Below are positions 1 through 12,746 of a DNA stretch of 64,000 bases, piece after piece. Numbering within the stretch: the stretch's first letter is position 1; every line of letters begins with the position of its first letter. The stretch is from assembly GCA_002633005.1 (NCBI GenBank), contig NMRA01000020.1, positions 702,803 through 766,802 on the forward strand. Direction: 5' to 3'. Position numbers and translations under genes: made by a program. Source of the stretch: Phoronis australis. Its lineage: Eukaryota; Animalia; Phoronida. The notes under the pieces are model-generated. The model had not been told where the DNA came from. It worked only from the letters and a program-made list of their open reading frames with translations, and searched no databases.

Positions 1-1134
1 CTCTCATTTCCCTACACTCAGTGTCAAACCATTTGGGAAAACTAACTGGGTTATAAGATATGTTCACTTTTGGTTTGAACATGTCTGCAGCACATAATTT
101 AATGGCTTCCATTAAACTTTCTACACTTGAATCTATGGTCGAGGGTAAATGACTCTGTACGTCAGCGAGCAACTGATCCACCTCCGGGCTCGACCAGTTT
201 TCTGCATATCTTAGGCTCAACCCCTCGTTCCATTAATAAACACTTTCATTCTGTTCATCTCGAGCCCAGTTGTTTTGCTGCGTCTTACACATACTAAAAT
301 CAATGGAAAGTGCGCAGTCGATTCACATATTTCACCGATTTCAAAACCGTCTACACAGTACAATAAATCATTGCTCATCATGACATAATCAACAACACTA
401 GATCCATTATAAGTTACACATGTTACGCTACCAATATCTGCATCTTTCCCTACTCTTCCATTCAGAATTCTTATCTCATTTCTTTGACAAAAATCTAATA
501 ATTCTGTACCAAACTCATTTACCTCACCATTATCTTGTGAGGTCTTACAACACAGGCGATCTTCTACATAAGCAACACAATAAAAAATAGCACTGGATTC
601 ACCCATATACTTAATACTGTCATTTGCAATAAAGTCTGGCCTGTTACGCGTACGAGCATGAAAATCGCCCATAATTAAAAGGTGACAATACCCTCTCATT
701 TCAGCAGTATAACCTTGCACTTCCCGCTCAAGTATTTTCATTATTTCCAAATTTTTACTTGAGCTTTTTGGAGACTGATACACAGCTGCAACTAAAACAC
801 GATGCAGATAATCGGGTAGGTCAATTTTTACCCATAAAACGTCACACGAATTTGAAAGAAGCCTAATAGCCCCCAATACATCCTTACAAAATAATACAAC
901 ACCACCAGAATTCCGAAATGCTTGAGGGTGTTTATTTCTCACCGACCCAAAACACTGGTACCTTTCCAGTGTAAACTCATCTTCATTCATTCCCCATGTT
1001 TCAACAAAAGCGATAATATCATATGTACATATCATATTTACAAAATGAGATCTTTGTGTTTTATGCTTTAGACCTTCGATATTCCAACAAAAAAAATTCC
1101 ATGACGACTTGTCTTGCGGGCCTTGGCTTAACCT
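1..1134 (-). pseudogene. LINE ORF2 N-terminus (AP endonuclease), frameshifted near 240
   Basis: Motifs WNIEGL, VETW, RNSGG, MGDFHAR, ILNGR, SSVVDY, AHFP. After the frameshift the reading continues ...FPKWFDTECREMR to the window edge. Confidence 0.85.
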
Positions 1135-1461
1135 CTATTGCTGGTCCAACTGAGCTTGAGACGAGCTGGCCATGTGGAAAACCTGATCATCATGTTAAAT
1201 AGCGGCTTCCGTTCTAGTCGGTGGGCCAGATTTTGTAGGGCCTCTAGAAAATGGTTTTTGTGAGTACTTTAGGGGGGCAAATTTATTTTGGTGTTTTTTA
1301 ATTCATTTATTAGAGTGTTTTCAAAATCTAAAAAGTTCCCACATATAAAGTTGCACATTTTTGAGAAATTTGAGTTTGNGGTGGCGTGGGTCAGCATTAG
1401 TCGTGCGGGGTTTGATTTTTACCATATCGTTTTCTTCATCGTAAACATATACTCTGCCATT

Positions 1462-2094
1462 TTAGATTAGCTTGTTAAAGCTGATTTTAGCGTTTTCCAT
1501 GCTGTTTGATTGTGAGAATTCGTACAGCTTTCTCCTTGCCTTCTTAACCCGGATTGAGAAGTCTTCTGTTATGAATATGTTGGGGTCCCTCACTTCTCTT
1601 CGTTTCTTCATTATTTTTTGCTTATCTTTCTTATTCAGTTTTGCTATTATGGGCTGCACTTTCCCCTGGGTTTTACGGCCCAGTCTGTGAGCTCTCTCGA
1701 TGTTTATATCTACAATGTTGAGCTGCTCCTTCAGAAACTCTTCAAGTTGCTTTTCCGATTCTTCCCAGGTTTCATTACCATTTTCAACCATGCCATGGAA
1801 TATAAGGTTGTCTCGCCTGGATCGATTCTCTAAATCATCTAACTTTACTTCCAGTGATTTGACCTGATCACGTAAGATGGAGTTCTCTTCCCTTGACGTG
1901 GCATACTCGCGTCTGAGAGACTCAAAGTCGTTGGACAGTTTTTCGAACTTGTCGTTTATTATCTCTAATAGTTGACGGTTAGATATATCTGTAGTCTTCG
2001 GGCTCGTCTCACTTCTAGGCAAATAGGACGAAATGCTTCGAGTCACTGACCTGTCACTGGCTGAAGGTGTTGTTGTCTTCCTAGTCCCAGGCAT
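1462..2094 (-). pseudogene. LINE ORF1 (coiled coil + L1-type RRM)
   Basis: Motifs LEVKLDDLENRSRRDNLIFHG, IERAHRLG, PIIAKL, IFITEDFS. The stop appears premature because the frame continues KLI*NGRVYVY. Confidence 0.85.
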
Positions 2095-4238
2095 TATCGC
2101 TAATATTACGTAAGTAGGTCAATTAATGGCGGACAGGGTGCGGTTATTCCTTCTGCCTCAGGTGCTACACATACATACTAAATATTCACTTCTGAAGTGA
2201 GAAGCACACAATTTGTCAGCCTCCACGAGGTCACTGTGTTTACCTTTCTCAACTAAACCACAAATTTGATGAAAATACTTCACTTGTTCAGTCAAAATAA
2301 TCAATTTAAGAGACACAATTCTCACCTGGATGCCTATAATGTGACACCTACCGGAGAAAAAACATATTGATCAAAGTTTCAAGACGAGGTAACAAGCAGA
2401 TTTACCTGAGCAGTGTGAAATTTCTGGAACTAACGGAGCTCAACACACAGTGTCACCACGCTGTATTTTGACGATAGTCTTCATACAGCTAGCTAGCTGG
2501 CCACAACATCTGCAGTGTGCACTACGTCGTTTTGTTTTGCGATGAAAGTCAAATTCGTCGTGTCCATGGTGTCATTGGCTTCGATTGATGCAAACGCCAT
2601 CTCAAGTTTTTTGGCGCTGATTGGGGTTCTTGATGTGGCGGCTACTGATAGGCCTACTTGGGTAACGACTTGGATGTAGGAGACACAGTATGTTGACTTT
2701 TTCATTAATACATGTATTTTAGATATAAAAGCAGACATTGTGGCACCATAGTAGGCCATTAAGTGAGAATTACATTTAAATTTTCCTTTTTTCTTAGTAT
2801 TAAATTAAGTCAAAATAAAATTTTTTTGGAAAAAAGTGAGGAGCTATATTTGTTTAAATAGTATTTAGTTTTATCACCAGATGGCGTTGCTAGTAACAAG
2901 TAGACTCTATCTGGTTCCGAAATAAAAGTGTCATGTCGGCACACAGTTCCAGCCAATCATAAAACAATATCCCTCACTCCAGGCCCCTATGCTCAAAAAC
3001 AATGCAACCAAGGCTCGGGATTTAATTTTTTACTGGAAATGGAACTCGAAATTATGTTTGGCAATTTGTCTGATACTGTTGTGTGAGCTCAATATAAGTG
3101 TTTATTATTCTATGCTCGAGAACATATTGACTAACGTGGATAAATTTTTGGTCCTAGTTTACAGTTGATAAACCCAACATTAAGGTTAAAAGTTAGAGCT
3201 TGAAGTCGAACTTTCGAGTTTTTACTCGAGTTTCTCGCACAAATATAATGGTCATCAACTGCAAACTTGGACTAGAAACCCATATGCGTAAACTATTATG
3301 TATTCGAACACAGTCTAAAAACCACTTGTCTTGAGTTCGCCCAAAAGTATCAGAGAAATTGCCAAAAATATTTCGAGTTCGTGTAGACTACAAAGATTAG
3401 ATTACGGTCCTTGTCGGTGCCACGTTAAACTACGTGCCGCACGTGTTATGAAAGAGAGCAATGTCAAGGTGCCTTACTTCACAATTTAAATTCACCAATG
3501 GTTCGTGTTTGATTCCCGCAAATCATATCATTTCATACCAAATTTTCAAGCATTTCAAAATCCCCTCTACGTGTGGTTTACTTGCAAACACTCCTCACTT
3601 AACTGCCCGAGTGTCAGGGTGGCTTTACTTGAACAAGCTGCAGCTGAAAGTTTTTCAAAATATACGAATCGAATATAATTGATGACGTTATTATTGCGTG
3701 CACATGAATCCAAGGAACTAATCGACTGACTGCCATGTCTAATGCTTTAAAACAAGTGGCTTGTCACCGAAGGGTAGCTTTTCCAGGAAATGTCTCGGGA
3801 AATGTGTGGGAGCAACGGACAAAACAAGTTTCTCAAACAGAAGCCCGAAATCCTGCCACAAAAGCAGTGAGGTAAGACAACGAGGAGTGTTCAGAACTCA
3901 AATTTTTCGATGTATTGATTTTCAAATAACCCAGTCACATTAATACACCAACGGCGGTTATTAATTACCAATTTTACTACTGAATTGATATTTGATCTAA
4001 ATTTTGACACGCTATGCAAACACGCTAAAAACTGTGAGAATTCTGTATAGGTCACAACCACAAGGTCAAATTGCTTGAGGAACAATTCAATTTCCCGGTA
4101 TGTTCGTGCAGGTGTGTTAGAGGTGAAACATTCTGTAAATCACGTTTCTTTACTTCTGAGAGCACTGTGATCTTTAAGGTGTCCAAACTTAACATCTACT
4201 TCTGACTCAGTTTATACTATATTCACCCGAGATGAACT

Positions 4239-6770
4239 TTGCTTTCAAGTTCTGAAGATTTCATTCCCTCGCCTCGCAAAGAAGAAGAAGAAAAAAGAAG
4301 CTCGTCGAAATTCGAGGAAGAACGTGACAGACGACATTCCGATGATCCCTCACTGACCAGAAAGATAAGAAAACTTCCTAACAGGCCGATTGTTATAGGA
4401 CGGGAGAAGTTAAAGATGATATTAGCGTCTGATAAAAGAATATTGAAACAGTTGGTCATAAAGAAAATAGGGAAGGAAGGTATGCAAGAATTACTGAGGA
4501 AGAAAAGAGTCATAGAGAGAGTGTCTGAAGTGAAACGTTCGTTGTATGTTTATCCTGAAGGCAATAAACGAAGTACAGATTCTCTGTTAGCTTATTTGCA
4601 CAATGAATCGACCACAGATGGTGTTGCAGGTCTCACTGGGGATTTCATTCATGAAAACCTGTACGTCGAGTTAGGGAAAATTGTACTCAACGCGATCCAA
4701 GCAGACAGAGTCAGTGTATATCTCATTAACCCTGGAGAATCAACACTAAGCCGCCGTGCATTCACCTGGAAAAATTCATTTCCCAGTGCATCCAGTTCTC
4801 ACAGTCAAGAGGTTAGTTCTGTTGCAAATCATGTGGGTCGTACACGCATGGGCTTGCTCGTCAAAGAAGTTATTCGAGACAAACGTTTCAACAGTTACTC
4901 GGCGCTTGATGACGAGATATCTATTATTGGTATCCCTATTCTTAACATGAACAAAGAAATGATCGGCGTCATCGAGTTATCTAGAGGAATAGAACGTCCG
5001 CCGTTCACGGAAAAACATTATCAAGTAGCAGAGGGATACATTGTTTGGGCTTGCCTTGGCATTCAACAGGTACTTTTAAACGAAGCGCATAAACGAAAGA
5101 AAAGTCTGTGTGGATTCTTGGTCGATGTGACCAATGACATGTTTCATGACATCACACAATACCATGAAGTCATAGAGAAAATAATGACCCACACTAAAGC
5201 GCTTGTGTCAGTAGAACGGTGCATAATACTACTAGCGGACAAATTCAGGAATGAATTATATGTCGAAGTTGTAGACACTGGCTCTCCAATGTACGAAGTC
5301 CCGAGAAAACCCTTCAGGCTGCCCATGGATGAAATGAATATTTCTGGTCGGGTGGCCCTTGCTCAACGCATTTCCGTCCACAATGTAATCAAAAGCGAAG
5401 ACATTGGGTACTATTCCAACATAAGTAAACTTTGCAAAGTTGACATTAACAATGCCGTCTCAATTCCTATTAGGAACAAAGACTGTTTTCTCGGTGTATT
5501 TCATGCCATTAATAAGGAACGCGGGATGCCATTCCGAGGTGCAGACATAGAAGTGTTGAAGATGTTCAGTGCCTATTTCTCGTTAGCTCTCCACTACTCT
5601 AAAGCTTTTTCCGAGATGCAATGCAAAGAAAATTGCGCGCTCGTTGCAGTGCAACTGCTTCAGGCCAACGCACTGACTTACAAGTCAAGTCTTTTTAACG
5701 AGCTTCTCGATTCTGACCAGAAAACAGATACGGATTTTCCGGGCGACTTCTTCAATCATCAGTTTGGAATTACTGACTCCGTTCAAAGTGAACTGCCACA
5801 CTTATACGTGAAAATGGTACAGGAAATGTTTGTTGGTGTTTTCGACGACAGCAGGTTGTACCGCTTCACTGAGACGGTTTTTAGGAACTACCGAAAGATT
5901 CCCTATCACAACTGGGAGCATGCGTTCATGGTGGCGCACTGCATGTACCTCGTTCTTAAGAAGGGAGTTGTGCAAAAGGCCTTTACTCAATTTGAAATGA
6001 TTGGTCTTTTAATTGCGTGCATTTGTCATGACCTTGACCACAGAGGCTACAATAACACATTCTTTGCAACGCTCAGTTTACCGCTAGCTGCGCTGTACTC
6101 CACATCCGTCATGGAACAGCATCATTTTCAAATGACTGTTCTAATTCTTCAACAAGACCAGAACAATATATTTGACCACCTGTCCAGCAAAGAATACAAA
6201 GACATGCTGGAAATTATTCAACACGCTATCATTTCTACAGATCTTGCGTTGTTTTTTGGTAGCAACAAACCTCAATTTGAAAGCCTGGTCAAATCTGAAA
6301 CATTTGATTTTGCAGACGACAGCCACAAAAAGGTCTTGAAAGCGGTCCTAATGACTGCGTGCGACGTGTGCGCTGCCGTCAAGCCATGGTCGCAACAGGT
6401 CAAGTATGTGAAGTTATTGTACGACGAATTTTATATACAGGGTGACATAGAGCGCGAATTTGGTTACGAACCAATTGCAATGATGAATCGAGAGAACAAA
6501 GAGAAATTTGTTGACCAACAAAGTGGCTTCATGAAGTATGTAGTGCTTCCGTTGTACAAAAGTCTGGAATGCATTATTCCAGAAATGCAAGAAATGAGAC
6601 AGTCAGTTCAGGACAATGTCAATAATTGGATTCGAGTGTCTGGTGGGGAGCTTATTCCTCCATGGGATCCAAATGTATTGGATGCCATCGGAACCAACAG
6701 AGAATGGTCGACTATGTGTAAGCTCTTTTCTGTAGAATCTTTAATGTCTACGATTGATTTAGTTGAGTAG
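4239..6770 (+). CDS. PDE10A: PDE10-like cyclic nucleotide phosphodiesterase (GAF-A, GAF-B, PDEase I), intronless
   Basis: Catalytic motifs YHNWEHAFMVAHCMY, CHDLDHRGYNN, PLAALYSTSVMEQHHF, TDLALFFG, MTACD, QSGF closely follow PDE10A. GAF-B has NKERGMPFRGAD. The frame is open from 4236 (TGA at 4233) and the first in-frame ATG is at 4416, so the true start is uncertain. Confidence 0.9.
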   Translation: MLSSSEDFIPSPRKEEEEKRSSSKFEEERDRRHSDDPSLTRKIRKLPNRPIVIGREKLKMILASDKRILKQLVIKKIGKEGMQELLRKKRVIERVSEVKRSLYVYPEGNKRSTDSLLAYLHNESTTDGVAGLTGDFIHENLYVELGKIVLNAIQADRVSVYLINPGESTLSRRAFTWKNSFPSASSSHSQEVSSVANHVGRTRMGLLVKEVIRDKRFNSYSALDDEISIIGIPILNMNKEMIGVIELSRGIERPPFTEKHYQVAEGYIVWACLGIQQVLLNEAHKRKKSLCGFLVDVTNDMFHDITQYHEVIEKIMTHTKALVSVERCIILLADKFRNELYVEVVDTGSPMYEVPRKPFRLPMDEMNISGRVALAQRISVHNVIKSEDIGYYSNISKLCKVDINNAVSIPIRNKDCFLGVFHAINKERGMPFRGADIEVLKMFSAYFSLALHYSKAFSEMQCKENCALVAVQLLQANALTYKSSLFNELLDSDQKTDTDFPGDFFNHQFGITDSVQSELPHLYVKMVQEMFVGVFDDSRLYRFTETVFRNYRKIPYHNWEHAFMVAHCMYLVLKKGVVQKAFTQFEMIGLLIACICHDLDHRGYNNTFFATLSLPLAALYSTSVMEQHHFQMTVLILQQDQNNIFDHLSSKEYKDMLEIIQHAIISTDLALFFGSNKPQFESLVKSETFDFADDSHKKVLKAVLMTACDVCAAVKPWSQQVKYVKLLYDEFYIQGDIEREFGYEPIAMMNRENKEKFVDQQSGFMKYVVLPLYKSLECIIPEMQEMRQSVQDNVNNWIRVSGGELIPPWDPNVLDAIGTNREWSTMCKLFSVESLMSTIDLVE

Positions 6771-7644
6771 AATTTGACATAAGTGTTTTTAATTTTTTGA
6801 CCCCTTAAGGTTAACATGAACGCAATATAAGTCAGCTAACGTATATGCAGAGTAAACTTCACATTGTCTTACAAGGCACTCATAGCTGTATAAAGAATTT
6901 TCCAATATAGTAGTATTCTTAAGAAATTCCTGGTTGTTATTTTTCTTCGACGCCGCTCACAGCAGTAACATGAAACCTGAAACATGTTCTGACTAAAATT
7001 CCCTTGCAAAAGCTCAGTTAATAATTAGATAAAATTAAATTGTCAGTCAATTCAAAGCCAGCCGCCGGACATTGCCCGCTTGAACATCTATTGGGATTCC
7101 ATTCAACATTCGGTTTGGTGCACACGAGCTCGCCAAATGCTGTCTTCTCTCACTTGCCAGACGCGATTTCAAATTTTGTTGCTCAACAAACCAAAAGCGA
7201 CTTCAGGGATTTTCTCCATTTTCTGTGTTTGGCAATAGACTCGTTAGCCATTTTCATTCACCCTCGTTCATGTAGGCCTGGGAATACACCTCTTTAAATG
7301 TTTTTGGTGAAATAAGCCGACAAGCTTCTGAGTGTACGTTGAAAGAAATACCATGTGTTCTCATTGAATTTGAAAATAACACATTTTACAGGGGGAAATA
7401 GAATTCTGAGAAGATGATCCCATTCGTTTTCTGAAACGAATGGACCCAAATTACTTATTGGACTAAAACGCAAATTTGATTCTGATCTGAGGTTATCGGA
7501 AAATTGATGCGGAATCTTTTAGTTCTCTAGTTCTTCAAAAACAAATACCTATCAGCTTAAGCTATGTGGCAGTATTTGTACCCACTTAAATTGCCACACG
7601 AGGTATGTACAGCCCATGGAACACTGGAAGGTGAAAATGTTTAT

Positions 7645-7775
7645 ATTGACCCATTAAGTCCTTTTTGACCAGTTATGTCTATTTTGACCTCTTTTGTCCA
7701 TTTTGACGCATCATGTCCATTTTTACCCATGATGTCCATCCGATCCATGCATTTTGACTCATTATATCCCATTTC
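7645..7775. repeat. Degenerate ~19-bp minisatellite (TGTCCATTTTGACCC-like)
   Basis: Repeated tgtccattttgac / tattttgacc variants. Confidence 0.6.
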
Positions 7776-8368
7776 AAGTCAAGTCGGTTTTGATTCGTTA
7801 GCTTGATGTTGAAATTTTTGTCATCTGTTCAGGTATAGTGCCATTCGATTCCGTTTCGTGCTTTCCCGGTCATTACATGTATGTGTTCATGCTGTTGTAC
7901 GTGAACTTGGAATCCTGATTAATCTCAAGAATAAGCGGAAGTGAGTGTTGCGTGAACTTGGAATTCCAAGATCACGCAAGTTATCTTGAGATTAAGCGAG
8001 CTGCCAAACCCCGTACGTGAACTTGGAATTAAGTGGCTGTCTGGCACACATTCACAGAACAAGGCGCTTGGGCTGAAATCGTTACTGAACCGGTAGGCTA
8101 CGGAGAGAAAAGATTTCTAAAAAATCGAAATAAAGCTCCCGTGGCCTGGTCATGAATACTGGTTAGTACCGAGGGACTGGAATAAAAATTCACTTAAGGA
8201 CTGTATTGTAATTACATGTTCCCTCAGTAATGCACCGGACATTCAAGGTCATAGCCCTACGGCTACGGTGGTCTTTTGAGTCGTATTATTTCGGCGTTGC
8301 TGCCTATTCCAATATAAAAATAAAGCTTTCTGTTTGAAATTAGTGCCTGGTTGATGTTTGATCAAGAG

Positions 8369-8896
8369 GTGAATTAAACATTCACTAACTGGTTGCAATA
8401 CACTTTATATGCATTTTCTATTAATTTCAGAAGACTTCTGGCCGAGTTTTTTTCTACCCCGTAAATTCCATGTTTAAGCAAGATACGCCCTTACTTTAAC
8501 TTGAAATAATTCAATTTCTGCTTTACAAAAGATCACATGGTGAAACAAACATTCGGTAACTGGTTGCAATACATTTTAAATGCATTTTCTATTAATTTTG
8601 GAACACTTCTGAGCACAATCGCAGTTTTTTCTAACCAACTTCAAGTTTAAGCATGGGCGTGGCTCGCTTAAACTTGGAATAATGTAATTTCTGCTTTACA
8701 AAAACTCACGCGGTGAACCAAACATTCTCTATCTGATTGCAATACATTTTAAATGCTTTTCTCTATTACCTTTAGAGTACTTCTGAGCGCATTCGCTGTT
8801 TTTTCTACCCAATTCCAAGTTTAAGTAAGCCACACGTACTGGTTGCTTAAACTTGGAATAATTCAACTTCTTCTTTAAAAAATTCACGATGTGAAC
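8369..8896. repeat. Three tandem 171/173/178-bp satellite units, each with an internal hairpin
   Basis: The GTGAA..AAACATTC..GGTTGCAATACA anchor recurs at 8369, 8540 and 8713, with a partial copy at 8891. Each unit holds TTCCAAGTTTAAG-loop-CTTAAACTTGGAA-like arms. Confidence 0.85.
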
Positions 8897-11800
8897 GGGA
8901 CATGAGAAACTGTTCAATGCAAAACCCCTTCTCGGTACTAGTCATTCCTTGTATCCTAGCTCTTAGGCCTAATCCTTTTCATTGCAAAGGTCCCAGTTTG
9001 CCAGTCATTTCCGCCCCTCGGTCACCCACCCAACCATCCCAGTCAAGCCACCTTTGGAAACAATTACCAAGACCAGAATAACATACAGAATGGGCAATAA
9101 AAATAATTAAAACAGAAACAATAACTCACGACAAACGAATTCATGTCCACTGTTCGACTGACGGCGAAATTTTACTTAACAGCTGCACACTAGATGTCGA
9201 AAACACTTGCTTAATCCCAAGATCACTTGCGTCAACTTGGAATAGAAATTCATTCCAAGTTCACTCACGATTCCAAGTTCAAGTAGAACAATGCCACCTC
9301 TTCCTAAGTCGATTACACCGGGTGGAGAGGTGCTGTGGGAAAGGCTAAGACACAAAGCGATCACGTCAAAGGACCTTGCGGCGAGTGTTTGTCGACATTC
9401 CTGACAATGGAGTGGTGCCTATAAAGTAGTTTTAAATCTACCTAGCTATTTTTAGGCATACTCACTCCTGAAGTGAAATTTTTGTGGTGGAAATGCTTTC
9501 AAAAGCCTGTTAATAAATTATAATGCTATCTCGGCTTTTACAGATGAAATCAAAATCTATTGTTTTTGTAAAACTTTTGCTCAGACGGATTTTGTGAAAG
9601 ATTGCATCAAGAGGCCCCGACAAAAAGTTGGTCAGTAGCTAATCTACTTGTGTACTTTAGTTGTAGTCTGTTTCAGTTTAAGAGTTAAAATTGTATTTGA
9701 AAAATCTCAAAAATGATTTGTTCTTTTGCCAATATTTTGAAAGCCTTAAGATACGTAAAGTTTAAACCTACTCCTAAGAAAATCACACTCAACAGTGTTG
9801 CTCGAAAACCCCTAATGTTTTCCCAGGAATGATGCTCAATTTTTTACAATTTTGCTGTTATCTGAAGAAAATATTGATGGTTTACTGTTACGGCACTAGC
9901 AGGATATTTTATCCTGATTCCTATATGCTATTCACGAATTCGGGTCTTCACTTTTGCCATTATCTTATCTCCAAGGCGTGATATCAAAGCTATTTCAAGG
10001 TTTTTGATCCAGGCTGGCATTTTCACATCGTTTGGGTCGCAAGTCTTGGTGCTGCATAAAAATGTTTTGAGAATTGACTGGTCATTTAGAAATTTTGCCA
10101 GCTTCCTTGCGTGAGTAGTTGACACAAGTTCTCTTTTCTACAAAAATTGATCTTCTATTTATTTTGTTATCGACGTGATTTCTGTCATGATTTTCCCGTT
10201 TTTCCATTGCATGCTGCGCTGCCAGAATTCTTCTTGTTATTCACTAATTTCCCATTCTTTTTGTCCGAATCTAAGAGGAGAGGCAAATGCCATTCAAACA
10301 TCCTAACACACCAATGCTGTGACTAAGGGTATGTACCAAGGGATATATAAAACAACACATGCTTTGGAGTAATTTATTTTAATACAGATTCATACGAAAC
10401 ATCTTTTCTGTCAAAATTACAACATAAGTATATTCAATCAAATATCTTTCCATAGGAGCAAAAAAATCCAAACAGGCACAAGTACTGTTACTTCTTATCA
10501 AGTAAAAGGAGGACAATTTTTGCAACGTATGTCTTCGTTTCAAATGCATGTCCAAACGACACGGAGAAGCGAGAGTAAAGGCAAGGGAAATCCAGACTCG
10601 CATGTACATGTACCTTTACGGAGCAAACAATTTACACAGTGCATTGTCACTGGTCAGTCAGACCCATGCTGTGTGTCTGCGGGCAGTTTCTTGTGAGGAG
10701 TAATTAAAAGTATCACGGACTTCAGTTTAGACAGATCGAGGAATGCCGCTTCCAGAATGAAGAAATATGGTACGGGACTTTACCCGATTTTCGAATAGTA
10801 TCGCCAACGAGAAAATTGACCAAGAGGCTAACTCTTTACAAGCGATCAAAGACAACTAACGTGGCTCACAAAACGTGTACCCCAGATCGACACCTAAAGT
10901 TTCATGTTTGCGAAAGCATGCTTTTAGACATCAAAGTATCTTGCTGGAAGGTAACAATTTGAAGCTGAATTTGCCTTGCTTAGCTGACTTGAAAACGAAA
11001 CTCAAATTAGATTTTTTATTTCTTTAAAATCGGTCGTTACCATAACAGGATTTTGTCACCGAGAAGAACGTAGAGACTGGTCACGGAACACATCGGAAAA
11101 TCGTCCATCCGAGGTTTGATAATGGCGCTCAGGGAAATTCATTCAAATATAGGCCAGTCACCTGACATAGAAATGACTATTTCCTCTGAGTTCATCACAG
11201 ACCAACTGATGGTTTTGACTTTTCAGTTAAGAATTATGCTTAAAATAACAACTAAATACAACGAAATCAGGATTTAATTAAAAATAATCGGGATTCTCAC
11301 AAAGATGTAGTATACGTATTTTGTGCTTCATCAAAATCAGCGATTTTTCAAAATGTAAACTTCGCAACCGTCTACTTCCTCTGTTACATCAAACTTTTAT
11401 TACCCGCGTTATAAAAGCAAGATTGTGTGCACATAAGAAAACGCTGCGAGAGCTCTTAAATATATTACATATCATAAAAAACAAAATACGTAAAACGGAT
11501 GAGTACATGAGGCGATTCTAGCGCATTTTTGTGGAATCCGAAACACAACATACTGTAGTTCGCCAGGCGTATCCATTTCGTAACTAAAACAAAATGCTGT
11601 TCACAGAAGTGCTGTCAAAATTTAAGCAGTAATGTCAAATACGTGATAGACGCGTTGCGAGTACACAATATTTTTCCAGGAAAACTCTTGGTTACTGAAC
11701 TGCCATAAGTTAAACTTGGGACACTATTCTTCACCTGGCGCGCTCGTTTTCACAGTGGTGACCTCTTTTGGCATTTTATTTGTCCTAGTCCGGTTCTCGT

Positions 11801-12526
11801 GGACCCTCGAAGCAAATTTTCTGCCCGAGTCATACCAGCTTGCTACACAGACAACAAGGCTACTGTATATTTTCAAAAACAAAAAGTCCAATGTGATAAA
11901 AGAGGCTGGCTCCGTATCTTTATTAAGCAACGGGAATGAGAGACGACGTGATGTCTTTCTAACCGATTGTTGAATATGTAGATGTACAGGCGATACCCAT
12001 AATACATGTACATATACATGTACATGTGTACTAACGAAGATTACAGGATACAGTATGACACATCCTTCTCGCTAAAACAGAGTATCGCCACAACTTGTCG
12101 CTCGCTAGGTTCACAAAAAGTCATTGACTGAGCTCTATAATGAACTAATTTCTGCGCAGTTTGTGCGTACACAATAGATAATACACGGTAGCGTTGGCTT
12201 ACGTAATAAACGGATGGCAAGCCATGCGTTGAGCGCGAAGTACATGTACATGCTGTTTGTGTCCAAGACTCGACCGGAGTTCAGAGTATCAAGGAAAGCA
12301 ATTAAATACTTGTTTATGCAATAAAAATCGTAAGGATGTCGATAATGAGTACAATGTCGAACATAGGTGGTATAATTTTACGTCTTTCGACCAATCTTAA
12401 CGTGGTGTAGACACTTACGTTACCTAATTGGTAGTGCAATGCATAGATGTTTTTCAAAAATCTGATTAACATAAATTATCAAAACAAAGCATGCGATTTT
12501 AACTTCAAGACTTGGTTGAAGTTCTA

Positions 12527-12746
12527 TCAATACATTCCGGTAGCATCAATCCAGTGATTAAATTTGCCGCAGGCTGTCTCCAGGTTTGGCCGGTAACATG
12601 CAGCAGCCCAACCGAAGAACTCGAAAACGCAGGAGATGCGATAGGTGAACCAGAACTTGAACCACCAAGCTAACTGCCCGTGGCAATTACTAGGAATGTA
12701 AATGCAAAACCAGCATTCAAAATGGTGCCCGTCCTGGTCTTTGAAC
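12527..12746 (-). CDS. Gene A (uncharacterised secreted protein) coding exon 5 (last)
   Basis: Acceptor ttttctcag|G, phase 2. Encodes FKDQDGHHFECWFCIYIPSNCHGQLAWWFKFWFTYRISCVFEFFGWAAACYRPNLETACGKFNHWIDATGMY*. 29/67 identical, ungapped, to the gene B last exon. Confidence 0.88.

Larger units (their letters stand above)
1..2460 (-). mobile_element. APE-type non-LTR retrotransposon (RTE-X/CR1-group-like), 5' part; continues beyond window start
   Basis: ORF1 (1462-2094) is followed by an APE endonuclease ORF2 on the - strand. The 5' boundary near 2460 is approximate. Confidence 0.85.

Noticed and set aside
3761-3877. Possible upstream PDE exon ending at GAG|gtaaga (3871)
   Set aside because: Good donor, but no in-frame ATG or convincing acceptor before the PDE ORF; needs transcript data.
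8369-8896. CRISPR-like reading of repeats with variable inserts (also 57763-57955)
   Set aside because: Eukaryotic context, no cas genes, units too long or degenerate and 'spacers' too short; treated as satellites.
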